This document shows positions 54,346-63,484 of a stretch of DNA of 64,000 nucleotides, one piece after another. A program made the position numbers and the translations under genes. The DNA is from a virus, in the IMG/VR virus record IMGVR_UViG_3300027733_000039, positions 1 through 64,000 of that record, one strand, 5' to 3'. Position 1 is the first letter of the stretch; every line of letters begins with the position of its first letter. The notes below the pieces were generated by a model. It was not told the origin of the DNA. It did no database searches and worked only from the letters and a program-made list of their open reading frames with translations.

Positions 54346-55304
54346 TGCCCCTCTCTTCTGTTATCGGCGCACAATCGTTGATTAAACCTGGTGTCTGCAC
54401 ATCTACAACTCGCCCTGCATCACCTTACACAGGGCAAATGATTTATGAGAGTGATACAAACAAGTTACGTTTGTGGAACGGTACTGCGTGGTCAAATGTG
54501 ACGCACAGTATTGGTTTATCTATTGAGTATCTAGTTATTGCTGGTGGTGGTGGTGGTGGTTGGGACGTTGGTGGTGGCGGTGGCGCAGGCGGTTTCAGAA
54601 CTAACGTAAGTGGTGCTACTTCTGGCGGTGGAGGGCCTTCTGAAGCGGCAATGATTCTTGTTCCAAATACCTACACTGTTACCGTTGGTGCTGGTGGCGC
54701 AACAACAAGCGGACCATCGCCAAGACTTTCATTTAGCGGTAATGATTCTGTGTTTTCTACAATCACTTCGGTGGGCGGTGGAGGTGGCGGAAACTGGATT
54801 GCTTCAGGTAGCAGTGATACAAACAAAAACGGAAAATCTGGTGGCTCTGGTGGCGGAGGTGGTGGTTACCAAATGGTTTCAACTGGTGGCGCTGGTACTA
54901 CGGCACAAGGATACGCTGGTGGAGCGTCATCGGTTAATAGCACAGAAGCAACTGGCGGTGGTGGTGGAGGTGCTGGAAGCGTAGGTGCTGTTGGAATTTC
55001 TAGTGGCAGTGGTTTTGCCGCTGGCGGTACAGGTTTAGCATCAAGCATTACAGGAACCTCTGTCACTTACGCTACTGGCGGTAAAGGCGGAGGAGATAGT
55101 TGGACTGGGGGTGTTATTGGAGCCAGCAATACTGGTAACGGCGGGGATGGTCAAGGCTCTTCTGCCAACACTACGGGTGGTTCGGGAATAGTTATTATCC
55201 GCTACCTGATTGGCGCTGGGTCGGCAACAGGCGGAACTATTACAACTTCTGGTGTATATACAGTTCACACGTTTACATCCTCAGGAAATTTGGTTATCAC
55301 ATAA
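54345..55304 (+). CDS. Gly-rich-domain virion protein 5
   Basis: KPGVCTSTTRPASPYTGQMIYESDT + Gly-rich domain. Confidence 0.8.
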   Translation: MPLSSVIGAQSLIKPGVCTSTTRPASPYTGQMIYESDTNKLRLWNGTAWSNVTHSIGLSIEYLVIAGGGGGGWDVGGGGGAGGFRTNVSGATSGGGGPSEAAMILVPNTYTVTVGAGGATTSGPSPRLSFSGNDSVFSTITSVGGGGGGNWIASGSSDTNKNGKSGGSGGGGGGYQMVSTGGAGTTAQGYAGGASSVNSTEATGGGGGGAGSVGAVGISSGSGFAAGGTGLASSITGTSVTYATGGKGGGDSWTGGVIGASNTGNGGDGQGSSANTTGGSGIVIIRYLIGAGSATGGTITTSGVYTVHTFTSSGNLVIT

Positions 55305-55483
55305 TGCCTGCACCAATTGATTTCCCTAACTCTCCATCTTCTGGAGATGAATACGTAGCAGGCGGTATGGTTTGGCGCTATCTTAATGGTGTTTGGAAGC
55401 GCTTCCCACAAACTGTTTCTGATAGCGGTTTTTCTGATACACCTCTCAACGCTTATTTTGTAGATGATGGTGGAGGCGCATAA
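55304..55483 (+). CDS. Stand-alone IDFPNSP module (59 aa, not in the ORF track)
   Basis: MPAPIDFPNSP...W.Y..GVW...DGGGA*; TAATG coupling at both ends. Confidence 0.65.
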   Translation: MPAPIDFPNSPSSGDEYVAGGMVWRYLNGVWKRFPQTVSDSGFSDTPLNAYFVDDGGGA

Positions 55484-56268
55484 TGGCATATCGCCGCATT
55501 CTTATTCGCCGTGACACGGCTGCGAACTGGACAGCGAACAACCCAACGCTTGCCGCTGGTGAGTTTGGACATGAGACCGATACAGGCAAACTTAAACTTG
55601 GTACAGGCGCAATAGCGTGGAACAGTTTGGGTTACCAAAATAATGTTACTTCTGTAAACGGTTCTACGGGTGCAGTAACGGGTCTTGCCCCAACTGCTAG
55701 CCCAACCTTCACAGGCACTGTCTCTGGTGTCACTAAAGGGATGGTCGGACTTGGCAATGTGGATAACACAAGTGACGCAAATAAACCAGTATCCACTGCA
55801 CAGCAAACCGCTCTTGATCTTAAATCAAACCTTGCTTCCCCAACTTTCACGGGCACTGTAGTTTTACCTAACTCTACAGTCACGGCTACGATGATTGCAT
55901 CAGATGCTGTAACGCAAGCAAAGATCGCTGACAGGGCTGTTGGTTCTGCCGAACTTACAAACTTAACTTTAAATGCCCAAACTGGAACTACATACACCTT
56001 GGCGCTTACGGATGCACAAAAATTAGTCACATTAAATAATGCGTCTGCAATTTCTTTAACCGTGCCTACAAATGCAACTGCTGCTTTTACTATTGGTGAT
56101 CAAGTTAACTTATTGCAGTTAGGTGCTGGGCAGGTAACAGTGTCTGGCGCTGGCGTTACTTTCCGTTCTGAAGGCTCAAAACTTAAATTAAAAGCCCAAT
56201 ACGCAATAGCCACTCTTATCAAAGTTGGAACAGATGAATGGGTTGTTGTCGGAAACTTGGCGGCGTAA
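55483..56268 (+). CDS. Fibre protein with an Mtd N-terminal-like domain
   Basis: RRDTAANWT.NNPTLA.GE.G.ETDTGKLKLG; VGLGNVDNTSD.NKPVS. Confidence 0.8.
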   Translation: MAYRRILIRRDTAANWTANNPTLAAGEFGHETDTGKLKLGTGAIAWNSLGYQNNVTSVNGSTGAVTGLAPTASPTFTGTVSGVTKGMVGLGNVDNTSDANKPVSTAQQTALDLKSNLASPTFTGTVVLPNSTVTATMIASDAVTQAKIADRAVGSAELTNLTLNAQTGTTYTLALTDAQKLVTLNNASAISLTVPTNATAAFTIGDQVNLLQLGAGQVTVSGAGVTFRSEGSKLKLKAQYAIATLIKVGTDEWVVVGNLAA

Positions 56269-57029
56269 TGCAAGTATTAGCAAATGTTGCTGCAAGTGCA
56301 TTTGAATCCACAGGTGGAACAATAACCGCCTACTCAACGTACCGTGTGCATTCTTTTACGGCGTCTGGAACTTTTACAATATCTGAAACAAAGACTGTGG
56401 ACATGCTCGTAATCGGCGCAGGTGGAGGTCGTGGGGGTCAAGACGGTGGAAATAACTATGGAAGCGGTGGAGGCGGTGCGGGAGCGATGAACGAGGTAAC
56501 CTCCTACTCGTTGGCGGCAGGAACATACGCCGTAACAGTTGGCGGTGGCGGCAACGGCTCACTATCAGACGGAAGTCCCAGCAGTTTTGGTTCTTTGTAC
56601 TCAGCGCAAGGTGGTGGTGGAGGTGGTTATCCTAACGGTTTTGCATCCACAGGCGGCAGAACTGGTGGTTCGGGTGGTGGCGGAGGAAGCCGTGGCGGTG
56701 GTGGAACTGACCCTGGTGGTGGCGCTTCTGGCCCAAACACCAATGTTGGCGGTTATGGTGTCCATAGCCCAGGACAGTACCACGCAGGCGGTGGCGGAGG
56801 TGGAGCAGGTGGCGCAGGCAGTGACGCAGGACAAACAGGTGGTGCTGGTCGTGCAAACTCTATTCGCACTGGTTCTTCAGTTACTTACTGTGTTGGTGGT
56901 TATGGAAAGTACAATAATAGTGATGGTGGTCCAGATCCAGCAGCAAATAGCGGAAGTGGCGCATCTGGAACAGCAGCACCAAGCCGTGGTGCGGATGGTA
57001 TTGTAGTTATACGTTTAATCCCAACGTGA
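56268..57029 (+). CDS. Gly-rich-domain virion protein 6 (permuted)
   Basis: TGG...YRVHSFTASG at the N-terminus; GIVVIR at the C-terminus. Confidence 0.8.
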   Translation: MQVLANVAASAFESTGGTITAYSTYRVHSFTASGTFTISETKTVDMLVIGAGGGRGGQDGGNNYGSGGGGAGAMNEVTSYSLAAGTYAVTVGGGGNGSLSDGSPSSFGSLYSAQGGGGGGYPNGFASTGGRTGGSGGGGGSRGGGGTDPGGGASGPNTNVGGYGVHSPGQYHAGGGGGGAGGAGSDAGQTGGAGRANSIRTGSSVTYCVGGYGKYNNSDGGPDPAANSGSGASGTAAPSRGADGIVVIRLIPT

Positions 57030-57048
57030 CCCTAATTGGAGATGACCA

Positions 57049-57573
57049 ATGACAACTAGACGAATACTGATTCGTAGGGACACGGCGGCGGCTTGGACTG
57101 CGGCTAACCCTACCCTTGCGTCTGGCGAACTGGGCGGAGAAACCGATACAGGAAAACTCAAACTTGGAAATGGCTCAACCGCATGGAACAGCCTCGCCTA
57201 CCAAGGTGGCGTTACCTCAGTTAACGGCAATACGGGTGTAGTGACTGGTCTTGCTCCGACTGCTAGCCCAACTTTCACTGGAACAGTTGTTTTGCCCGCA
57301 ACAACATCTATTGGAACAATCACCAATACTGAGTTGTCGTATGTAGACGGAGTCACTTCTGCTATCCAAACTCAATTAGATACCAAAGCCCCTACAAGCA
57401 ATGCTTCATTTACGGGAACTTTTAGCGCCCCAGCAGGAACCATTACTAGCACTATGCTTGCTGATGGTACTATCGTCAACGCAGACATTGATGCTTCGGC
57501 TGCTATTGCAACAACAAAAATCACTGGCTGGGAAAATGACCAAGTTGTTTTGAACAACAGAATATTTAATTAG
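57049..57573 (+). CDS. Fibre protein with an Mtd N-terminal-like domain, paralog of 55483
   Basis: RRILIRRDTAAAWTAANPTLASGE. Confidence 0.8.
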   Translation: MTTRRILIRRDTAAAWTAANPTLASGELGGETDTGKLKLGNGSTAWNSLAYQGGVTSVNGNTGVVTGLAPTASPTFTGTVVLPATTSIGTITNTELSYVDGVTSAIQTQLDTKAPTSNASFTGTFSAPAGTITSTMLADGTIVNADIDASAAIATTKITGWENDQVVLNNRIFN

Positions 57574-57581
57574 GAGACATC

Positions 57582-57941
57582 ATGGCAACATTTAGCAAAA
57601 CAATTCTTAGCGGTTCAACAGATGGTAAAGGTGTTCTTGTAGCGGCAACTGCTACAGCAGGAACATTGGTTCATACTGGTTCTGCAACTGCGGCAACCTT
57701 GCATGAGGTTTGGCTGTATGCAGTTAACACTTCGGCTTCAGATGTTAAGTTGACAATTGAATGGGGCGAGGCTACTGCACCTAACGGTAATATTGAGTAC
57801 ACGGTTAAGGCTGAAAACGGTTTGTATCTAATCGTTCCAGGTCTACTGCTGAAAGGCAATGCGTCAGCACTTACAGTAAAGGCTTTTGCCGCAACAACAA
57901 ACGTAATCGTTGTTCACGGATACGTCAACGTAATCGCCTAG
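57582..57941 (+). CDS. Small virion protein, paralog of 60360
   Basis: LSGSTDGK, EVWLYA.N, KLTIEWG, GYVN.I. Confidence 0.75.
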   Translation: MATFSKTILSGSTDGKGVLVAATATAGTLVHTGSATAATLHEVWLYAVNTSASDVKLTIEWGEATAPNGNIEYTVKAENGLYLIVPGLLLKGNASALTVKAFAATTNVIVVHGYVNVIA

Positions 57942-57952
57942 GTCTTAAATAC

Positions 57953-58894
57953 ATGGGCCTAATTAATAACTTTATGAGCGGTGGACGCTCTATTTCTGCT
58001 GGGTCACTAAATCCACGAGCCAATCGTGGTTCCACAAATCAGGCTGATGGGTATTGGCGTGGTGGTCTTTCTGGTTTTGCCGCAGTGGGAGCAACTGGTA
58101 GTTATGCATTGTCAACACTAGGTGGTTTCAAGTATTTGACCTTCACGGCTGGTGGAACAATGAACGTCACCGATGGTGGGACTGCTGATGTCTTGGTGGT
58201 AGCGGGAGGTGCCGCTGGAGGATATGGTGGCGCAGGCGGTGGTGGTGGTGGCGGTGTGCGAGTTTCTGCTGGAACAATTTTGACAACACTTACTTTTAAT
58301 TCTGGAGTAAGCACAATAACAATTGGTAACGGTGGCAGTTCTGGGGCAGACGGTTCATCGGGTTATGGCGGCAGTGGAGGCACATCAAGCATTACACATG
58401 CTGCGGGGACTTTCTCAGCAACGGGTGGCGGTGGAGGCGGTACTGGTGGTGCTAGTTCTGGTGGTTCTGGTGGCGGTGGAATAGGTTCCTATGGATCAGG
58501 AAACGCTGGTGGATATACACCAGCGGAAGGAAAAAATGGTAGCGGAAGCGGTGCTGCTGGCGTCGGTGGTGGTGGAGGTTGGTCAGCCGCTGGTGATGGC
58601 TCAATGGGTTACGGAGGAGAAGGTCTTGCTGTGAATACAGCCGACTCAAACCTTTCAACTGTCATTGGCTACTCGGTTGTTGGTTCTGGTGGCGGTGGTG
58701 CAGGAAACTGTAACAACGGTGGTTCAGGAAACATTTATGGTGGTACTGGTGGGGGTAAAGGCTCATACGGAAATGATGCACAAAACGCAACTAGTTACGG
58801 TTCTGGTGGCGGCGGTGGCGGAAACTGTTTTGGTTCCCTATATCACGGTGGTGCTGGCAGGTCTGGAATTATTGTGATCAGGTGGGCGGCATGA
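57953..58894 (+). CDS. Gly-rich-domain virion protein 7 (permuted)
   Basis: KYLTFT, VLVVAGG, SGIIVIRW. Confidence 0.8.
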   Translation: MGLINNFMSGGRSISAGSLNPRANRGSTNQADGYWRGGLSGFAAVGATGSYALSTLGGFKYLTFTAGGTMNVTDGGTADVLVVAGGAAGGYGGAGGGGGGGVRVSAGTILTTLTFNSGVSTITIGNGGSSGADGSSGYGGSGGTSSITHAAGTFSATGGGGGGTGGASSGGSGGGGIGSYGSGNAGGYTPAEGKNGSGSGAAGVGGGGGWSAAGDGSMGYGGEGLAVNTADSNLSTVIGYSVVGSGGGGAGNCNNGGSGNIYGGTGGGKGSYGNDAQNATSYGSGGGGGGNCFGSLYHGGAGRSGIIVIRWAA

Positions 58895-59166
58895 AAAATG
58901 TTGCAATAATGGATGGAAATGTTGTTGTCAATGTTACATTGTGTGGTGATGACTATGTTTTATCTGAAAACGAAATAGAATACTTTGATGACAAACCTGC
59001 TTTCATAAATGGAGATTATGTTGACGGCTATTTTTATGGTGTTCAACCATTTCCTTCTTGGACAAGGTATGAGGGTGTTTGGATACCGCCAGTTCCCCGA
59101 CCAGAGACAAGGGACAATTGGTATTGGGATGAAGAGAAACGAGAGTTTTCTATATACAACGGATAG
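58891..59166 (+). CDS. Tail-fibre-associated protein related to 49201
   Basis: QPFPSW...W.PPVPRP...W.WDE. Confidence 0.7.
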   Translation: MKNVAIMDGNVVVNVTLCGDDYVLSENEIEYFDDKPAFINGDYVDGYFYGVQPFPSWTRYEGVWIPPVPRPETRDNWYWDEEKREFSIYNG

Positions 59167-59175
59167 GTTTGTTCG

Positions 59176-59700
59176 TTGATTTACGATAATCTTTTACCTG
59201 AAAACGATTTGGTGAAACTATTAGATTTAATTGAATCAGTGAATTTTCCCTTTTATTGGCAGGAAGACATTGATTACGGAAACAAAATCACGAACGACAT
59301 TTATAATTATGGTTTTGCTCATCTTTTCTTTGATGAGGGCAATCGGCTATACAGCCCATTTTTAGATCAGATTGAACCAGTTGTTTCAGCGATGTGTGAG
59401 CGCATAGGTAAACCTTTAAAGCAGTTGCTTCGGATCAGGGCTGTTCTGTTAACAAATGTTGGTTGTGAACATAGGAATGTGAAACATGTTGATTTGGATG
59501 AGTACCCCAATTCTCTTACTGGTATTTTTTATCCGAACAAAACTGATGGGGATCTATATGTTTATGACGGAGATATGATGAGTTCTATTGAACCAATCAG
59601 AAATAGGTGTGTGGTGTTAGGTGGAGCGGTTCCTCATCATGGTTCAAATCCTACAAAACATAAAAGGAGAGTTGTAGTAAATGTTAACTTCATTGTTTAA
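59176..59700 (+). CDS. 2OG-Fe(II) oxygenase
   Basis: HVD, H.G..P....R.V.NVNF. Confidence 0.8.
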   Translation: MIYDNLLPENDLVKLLDLIESVNFPFYWQEDIDYGNKITNDIYNYGFAHLFFDEGNRLYSPFLDQIEPVVSAMCERIGKPLKQLLRIRAVLLTNVGCEHRNVKHVDLDEYPNSLTGIFYPNKTDGDLYVYDGDMMSSIEPIRNRCVVLGGAVPHHGSNPTKHKRRVVVNVNFIV

Positions 59701-60286
59701 TGGAAAACCAAGAATAGAACAATGGTTCCCAAAGCCTATTTACATACATAATAACTTTTATGCCGATGGGCATTCTGAACTCCACAAATGGTTGTTGGAC
59801 TATTTTGGTCAAGGGGCAGAGGTCAAAAGGACACCAGAACTAAACGTGTCCTCAACACACATGGTTAACAACTTTAATAATGAACCAATTTTTCAGCCTT
59901 TGATTGAAGCGATCCGTGAAGAAGTCTTAAACTTTGCTACAACCTTGGGTTATGACATATCAATTTTTCATCTTCCGTTGCTGAATATTTGGGCAAACTT
60001 AAGTGAAACTGGCGACCATTTGTTTCCCCATAATCACCCTGGGAGTTTTATAAGTGGTGCTTACTACATAGAGTGTGATAGTGACCTTGATGTCATAAAG
60101 TTTTATAGTGATACAAACAACATGATTACCCCATCCCCCTTCCCCAATAAGTACTCATTTGAGGATGCTTCCTATGTTTGTGAGCCAAAACGTCTTTTGT
60201 TGTTTAAGAGCAATTTCATACACGGGTGCCCTGCTATTAAAGGAAAAAGGAAGATTGTTGTTTCCTTTAATTTCAATTTATTGTAG
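59681..60286 (+). CDS. 2OG-Fe(II) oxygenase (TIGR02466-like)
   Basis: WAN...HNHP.S.ISG.YY, LLLF.S...H, IVVSFN. Confidence 0.82.
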   Translation: MLTSLFNGKPRIEQWFPKPIYIHNNFYADGHSELHKWLLDYFGQGAEVKRTPELNVSSTHMVNNFNNEPIFQPLIEAIREEVLNFATTLGYDISIFHLPLLNIWANLSETGDHLFPHNHPGSFISGAYYIECDSDLDVIKFYSDTNNMITPSPFPNKYSFEDASYVCEPKRLLLFKSNFIHGCPAIKGKRKIVVSFNFNLL

Positions 60287-60359
60287 TTGGTAGGTTATAC
60301 AGGTACCCACCCCAATAAATTAGGTAAACTAGGGCAATACAGATTTCTAAGGAGAACTA

Positions 60360-60716
60360 ATGGCTTCATACACTAAAAACAAACTATCGGGTTCAACTAA
60401 CGGTAAAGCAGTCAGAGTTAGTGGCACCTCAACGGGTACAGCCGTTACTGTCCATCAAGCAGTTACAGGTACTGCAAACTGGGATGAGATTTGGGTATAC
60501 GCAAATAACACCAGCGCCACTGCTGCCAAACTAACTTTGGAGTGGGGAACCACTACTGCTATTGATGGCAACATTGAACTCACTGTCTCCGCTGAATCTG
60601 GACTGGTTCTAGTTATTCCTGGCATTATCTTGCAGAACTCTTTGTTAGTTAAGGCTTTTGCCGCTACTGCCGATGTCATTCTTTTGACTGGGTACGTTCA
60701 TAACATCACGGCATAA
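60360..60716 (+). CDS. Small virion protein, paralog of 57582
   Basis: LSGSTNGK, DEIWVYA.N, KLTLEWG; AAGGAG RBS. Confidence 0.75.
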   Translation: MASYTKNKLSGSTNGKAVRVSGTSTGTAVTVHQAVTGTANWDEIWVYANNTSATAAKLTLEWGTTTAIDGNIELTVSAESGLVLVIPGIILQNSLLVKAFAATADVILLTGYVHNITA

Positions 60717-60718
60717 CT

Positions 60719-61603
60719 ATGCCAACCTTTTGGGATAAGAGAAATAACGTAAGTCAAACCGTTGTTAGTACACCCACCTCTATAAAAACACGCCCATCAA
60801 CAACTGTTGCTTCTTGGTTTAACCCTCTAAACAATAAATTAGTTGCTACAGGTGGAAGCATCCTTGACGTTAGTGGTTACCGTGTGCACACCTTTCAAGC
60901 ATCTGGATCTTTCATCGTTACTTCTGGTTCTGCAACTATTCAAATAGGTTTGCTTTCTGGAGGAGGTGCTGGAAAAGGAGATGGCAACGGAGGTGGCGGT
61001 GGCGGTGGAGGAGGCTACAAAGAATTTACAATTACTGGTGTTGGCGTAGGTACATACAGTGTGGCTGTTGGTGGAGGTGGTCCAGCAAATACAATTGGTG
61101 GTGCTTCCTATATGCCCGAGTTTTATATAAATAGCACAGGTGGTGGACCAGGTAGTGGATTTGCCACTGTCGGTGGCGTTGGCGGCAACGGAGGTGGTGG
61201 TGGCGCTTTTGCCGCTGGTGGGTCATCCTACCCAGATGAAGGTAACGCTGGTGGTGCTGGAAACTTTTACAATGGTGGAGGTGGCGGCGGCAGAGGAAGT
61301 GCGGGTAGTGCGGGTGGAGCCAACCCAGTAGAAACTGGTGGTAATGGTGGTACTGGCGCTTTACTTCCTTGGGCAAACATCCCATCTATACAAGTAATGA
61401 GTGCGGGTGGCGGTGGAGGAGGCGGTGGCGGTGGAGGTGGTGTTTCCACTGGTGGAGCAGGCGGTGGCGGAAACGGAGCAGGTTACGCTGGCGGTGCTAA
61501 TGGTGTTGCAGGAACACAATTTATTGGAGGTGGTGGAGGTGGCGGATACTTCGCTGGAGGAAATGGTGGTAGTGGAACGGTGTGGATTAGGTATGTCCTC
61601 TAG
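60719..61603 (+). CDS. Gly-rich-domain virion protein 8 (permuted)
   Basis: ATGG...YRVHTF..SG; GGSGTVWIRY. Confidence 0.8.
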   Translation: MPTFWDKRNNVSQTVVSTPTSIKTRPSTTVASWFNPLNNKLVATGGSILDVSGYRVHTFQASGSFIVTSGSATIQIGLLSGGGAGKGDGNGGGGGGGGGYKEFTITGVGVGTYSVAVGGGGPANTIGGASYMPEFYINSTGGGPGSGFATVGGVGGNGGGGGAFAAGGSSYPDEGNAGGAGNFYNGGGGGGRGSAGSAGGANPVETGGNGGTGALLPWANIPSIQVMSAGGGGGGGGGGGGVSTGGAGGGGNGAGYAGGANGVAGTQFIGGGGGGGYFAGGNGGSGTVWIRYVL

Positions 61604-61620
61604 TGGTGTAAAATAATGCC

Positions 61621-62196
61621 ATGACAAAAATGACCTGGCCTGTAGTCCCAATCAAATTCTGTGAACACCTTAAAGGCAAGAAGCCTTCGGAAATCACCCC
61701 AGCAATGCTTCGCAAATTGTCGTGTGGTGGTCAACTGCACCATTGCGCCGCCCGTGCTTTTGAAGCAATGAAGGCAGCCGCAGCAGTTGATGGTGTTGTC
61801 TTGGCTCCGACTAGCGTCGGTGACACTTTTAGAAGTATTGGCGCCCAAAAGGCAGGATTCCTACAAAGATTTCAGTTAGAAGTTATTCCAGGTGCCCAGA
61901 CACGCACCTATGACGGCAAGACGTGGTACTTGAAGAAAGGCATGGCAGTGCTTGCCAGCCCAACAGATGACGCCGCTAAATGTTCAAAGCACATGCTTGG
62001 CATTGCCATTGATATTGCTAACACAGGCAACAAGAAGATCATGGATTGGCTATTGGCTAACGAACAGAAGTTTGGTTTTAGTCATGAAGTTGTAGATATG
62101 CCAGGCGCCGAGAGTTGGCACATTCGTTTCACTGAGGGTCAGGCTATGCCACAATCCGTTCTTGACTACGAGGCAACACTTCCTCCAAAGGCGTAA
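61621..62196 (+). CDS. M15-family Zn peptidase (endolysin candidate)
   Basis: FRS...Q, SKH..GIAID, ESWH; TAAAAT-N6-ATG. Confidence 0.82.
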   Translation: MTKMTWPVVPIKFCEHLKGKKPSEITPAMLRKLSCGGQLHHCAARAFEAMKAAAAVDGVVLAPTSVGDTFRSIGAQKAGFLQRFQLEVIPGAQTRTYDGKTWYLKKGMAVLASPTDDAAKCSKHMLGIAIDIANTGNKKIMDWLLANEQKFGFSHEVVDMPGAESWHIRFTEGQAMPQSVLDYEATLPPKA

Positions 62197-62205
62197 CATA
62201 GCCAT

Positions 62206-62661
62206 ATGGCACCACGACCTAAACCAGGATTAAACAAGTCGGCAAGAGAACGTTTTGCTGAAGGTTTAAACTATTATTCAGGTCAAGGTCTCATCCAAGA
62301 AGAGCGTGCTCGTACTCGTGCAAACGAGAGAACATTCACACCCAGCACATTAACTCCTATTCCGTGGGACCCTAACACCACCTACTACCATCCACCTGAT
62401 GAAAGTAGTCGTGTAGAAGCCTTTCGTTATGTTGCTTTAGAAGGAACCTCTGGCGCTGTTGGTTACAACGGCACTCTCTTTGTTCGTTTTATTAAACATG
62501 GCACCCCATGGAAATACTTAAATGTTCCCGCACATATTTACCAATCATTTGCGTCGGCTCAGTCAAAAGGGCGCTATATTAACTCGGTACTCAATAACTT
62601 TCCAAACAGTAGGGCATCGGGCGATGAAGAGAGCACGTTTTTCGTACAATCTCAAATGTAA
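62206..62661 (+). CDS. KTSC-domain protein
   Basis: SSRV...Y...LFVRF...Y.NVP..IY..F..A.SKGRYIN; TAACAT-N6-ATG. Confidence 0.75.
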   Translation: MAPRPKPGLNKSARERFAEGLNYYSGQGLIQEERARTRANERTFTPSTLTPIPWDPNTTYYHPPDESSRVEAFRYVALEGTSGAVGYNGTLFVRFIKHGTPWKYLNVPAHIYQSFASAQSKGRYINSVLNNFPNSRASGDEESTFFVQSQM

Positions 62662-62663
62662 GC

Positions 62664-62930
62664 ATGAATAAGGTCCATGGCGCTGGGCGCTTGTATTGGA
62701 TCATTAGAGATTTTGTAGATCTGCGTACACCTCTGATGTGTATGGGTTTCATGAAAGAAACTGACTATCCATGGCGACACGGTAAGGGTATTCAAATTAG
62801 AACATCTAAATACACCATTCAAATAGGATTGTGTAAGCGCCTTAAGGTAGTTACTGAAACAGACGGTATATTACAAGCCATAGGAGGGCGTGACATGGAT
62901 ACGCCCGCACGAGAGATAGGGATGTGGTGA
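62664..62930 (+). CDS. Hypothetical protein
   Basis: ET..PWR.GKG...IGLC. Confidence 0.65.
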   Translation: MNKVHGAGRLYWIIRDFVDLRTPLMCMGFMKETDYPWRHGKGIQIRTSKYTIQIGLCKRLKVVTETDGILQAIGGRDMDTPAREIGMW

Positions 62931-63163
62931 TGGGTTTTTTCGTTAAGAAGACAGAGCCAAAAGAGATAAAGATTCCACAGAGGATTCGTAACTTAGATCG
63001 TGTCTCCTTGCTCCAGTGGTTTGATAACAGTATTATGAGTCTTGGAGCCAGTTTTGATAAATGGCGGTATCACGATGGTCCCATCGGAGAAGTAGACGAC
63101 GCCCTTATAGCCCTCAACAATATTTGGGAAGAATTACAGGGAAGGGTTGACGCTCACAACTAA
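62924..63163 (+). CDS. Hypothetical protein
   Basis: Coupled small helical ORF. Confidence 0.6.
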   Translation: MVMGFFVKKTEPKEIKIPQRIRNLDRVSLLQWFDNSIMSLGASFDKWRYHDGPIGEVDDALIALNNIWEELQGRVDAHN

Positions 63164-63467
63164 GCCTGATACCCTCACATCTATGACAAACAACACGGAC
63201 ACCAAACCAATAATTACCAATCTAGAAAAAAGTGATAAGCGCCGCCTTACTAACGCTATTAATGACCTTTTCATGCTCACTGAATCGTATGCCTCTAAGG
63301 TATTTACAACATCTCCTGATGATGCAGAAGCCACCCTTGTGGACATCAAAAACCTCACGATGCTCCTTGAAGATGTTGCTGCTCTCATTGCAGAAGTTCG
63401 TCCAGCCAGAATTAGCCAACCAGGCCCTGACCAAGGTCAGATGAAGTTTGATAACGACTCCTATTAA
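63147..63467 (+). CDS. Hypothetical protein ending QGQMKFD
   Basis: ORF upstream of the terminase; start may be 63183. Confidence 0.55.
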   Translation: MTLTTKPDTLTSMTNNTDTKPIITNLEKSDKRRLTNAINDLFMLTESYASKVFTTSPDDAEATLVDIKNLTMLLEDVAALIAEVRPARISQPGPDQGQMKFDNDSY

Positions 63468-63484
63468 TCGTCTATGCTAGGTCT

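Noticed and set aside
55483-57573. Diversity-generating retroelement implied by Mtd-like genes
   Set aside because: Only the N-terminal module matches. No reverse transcriptase and no adenine-variable TR/VR pair were seen in the window.
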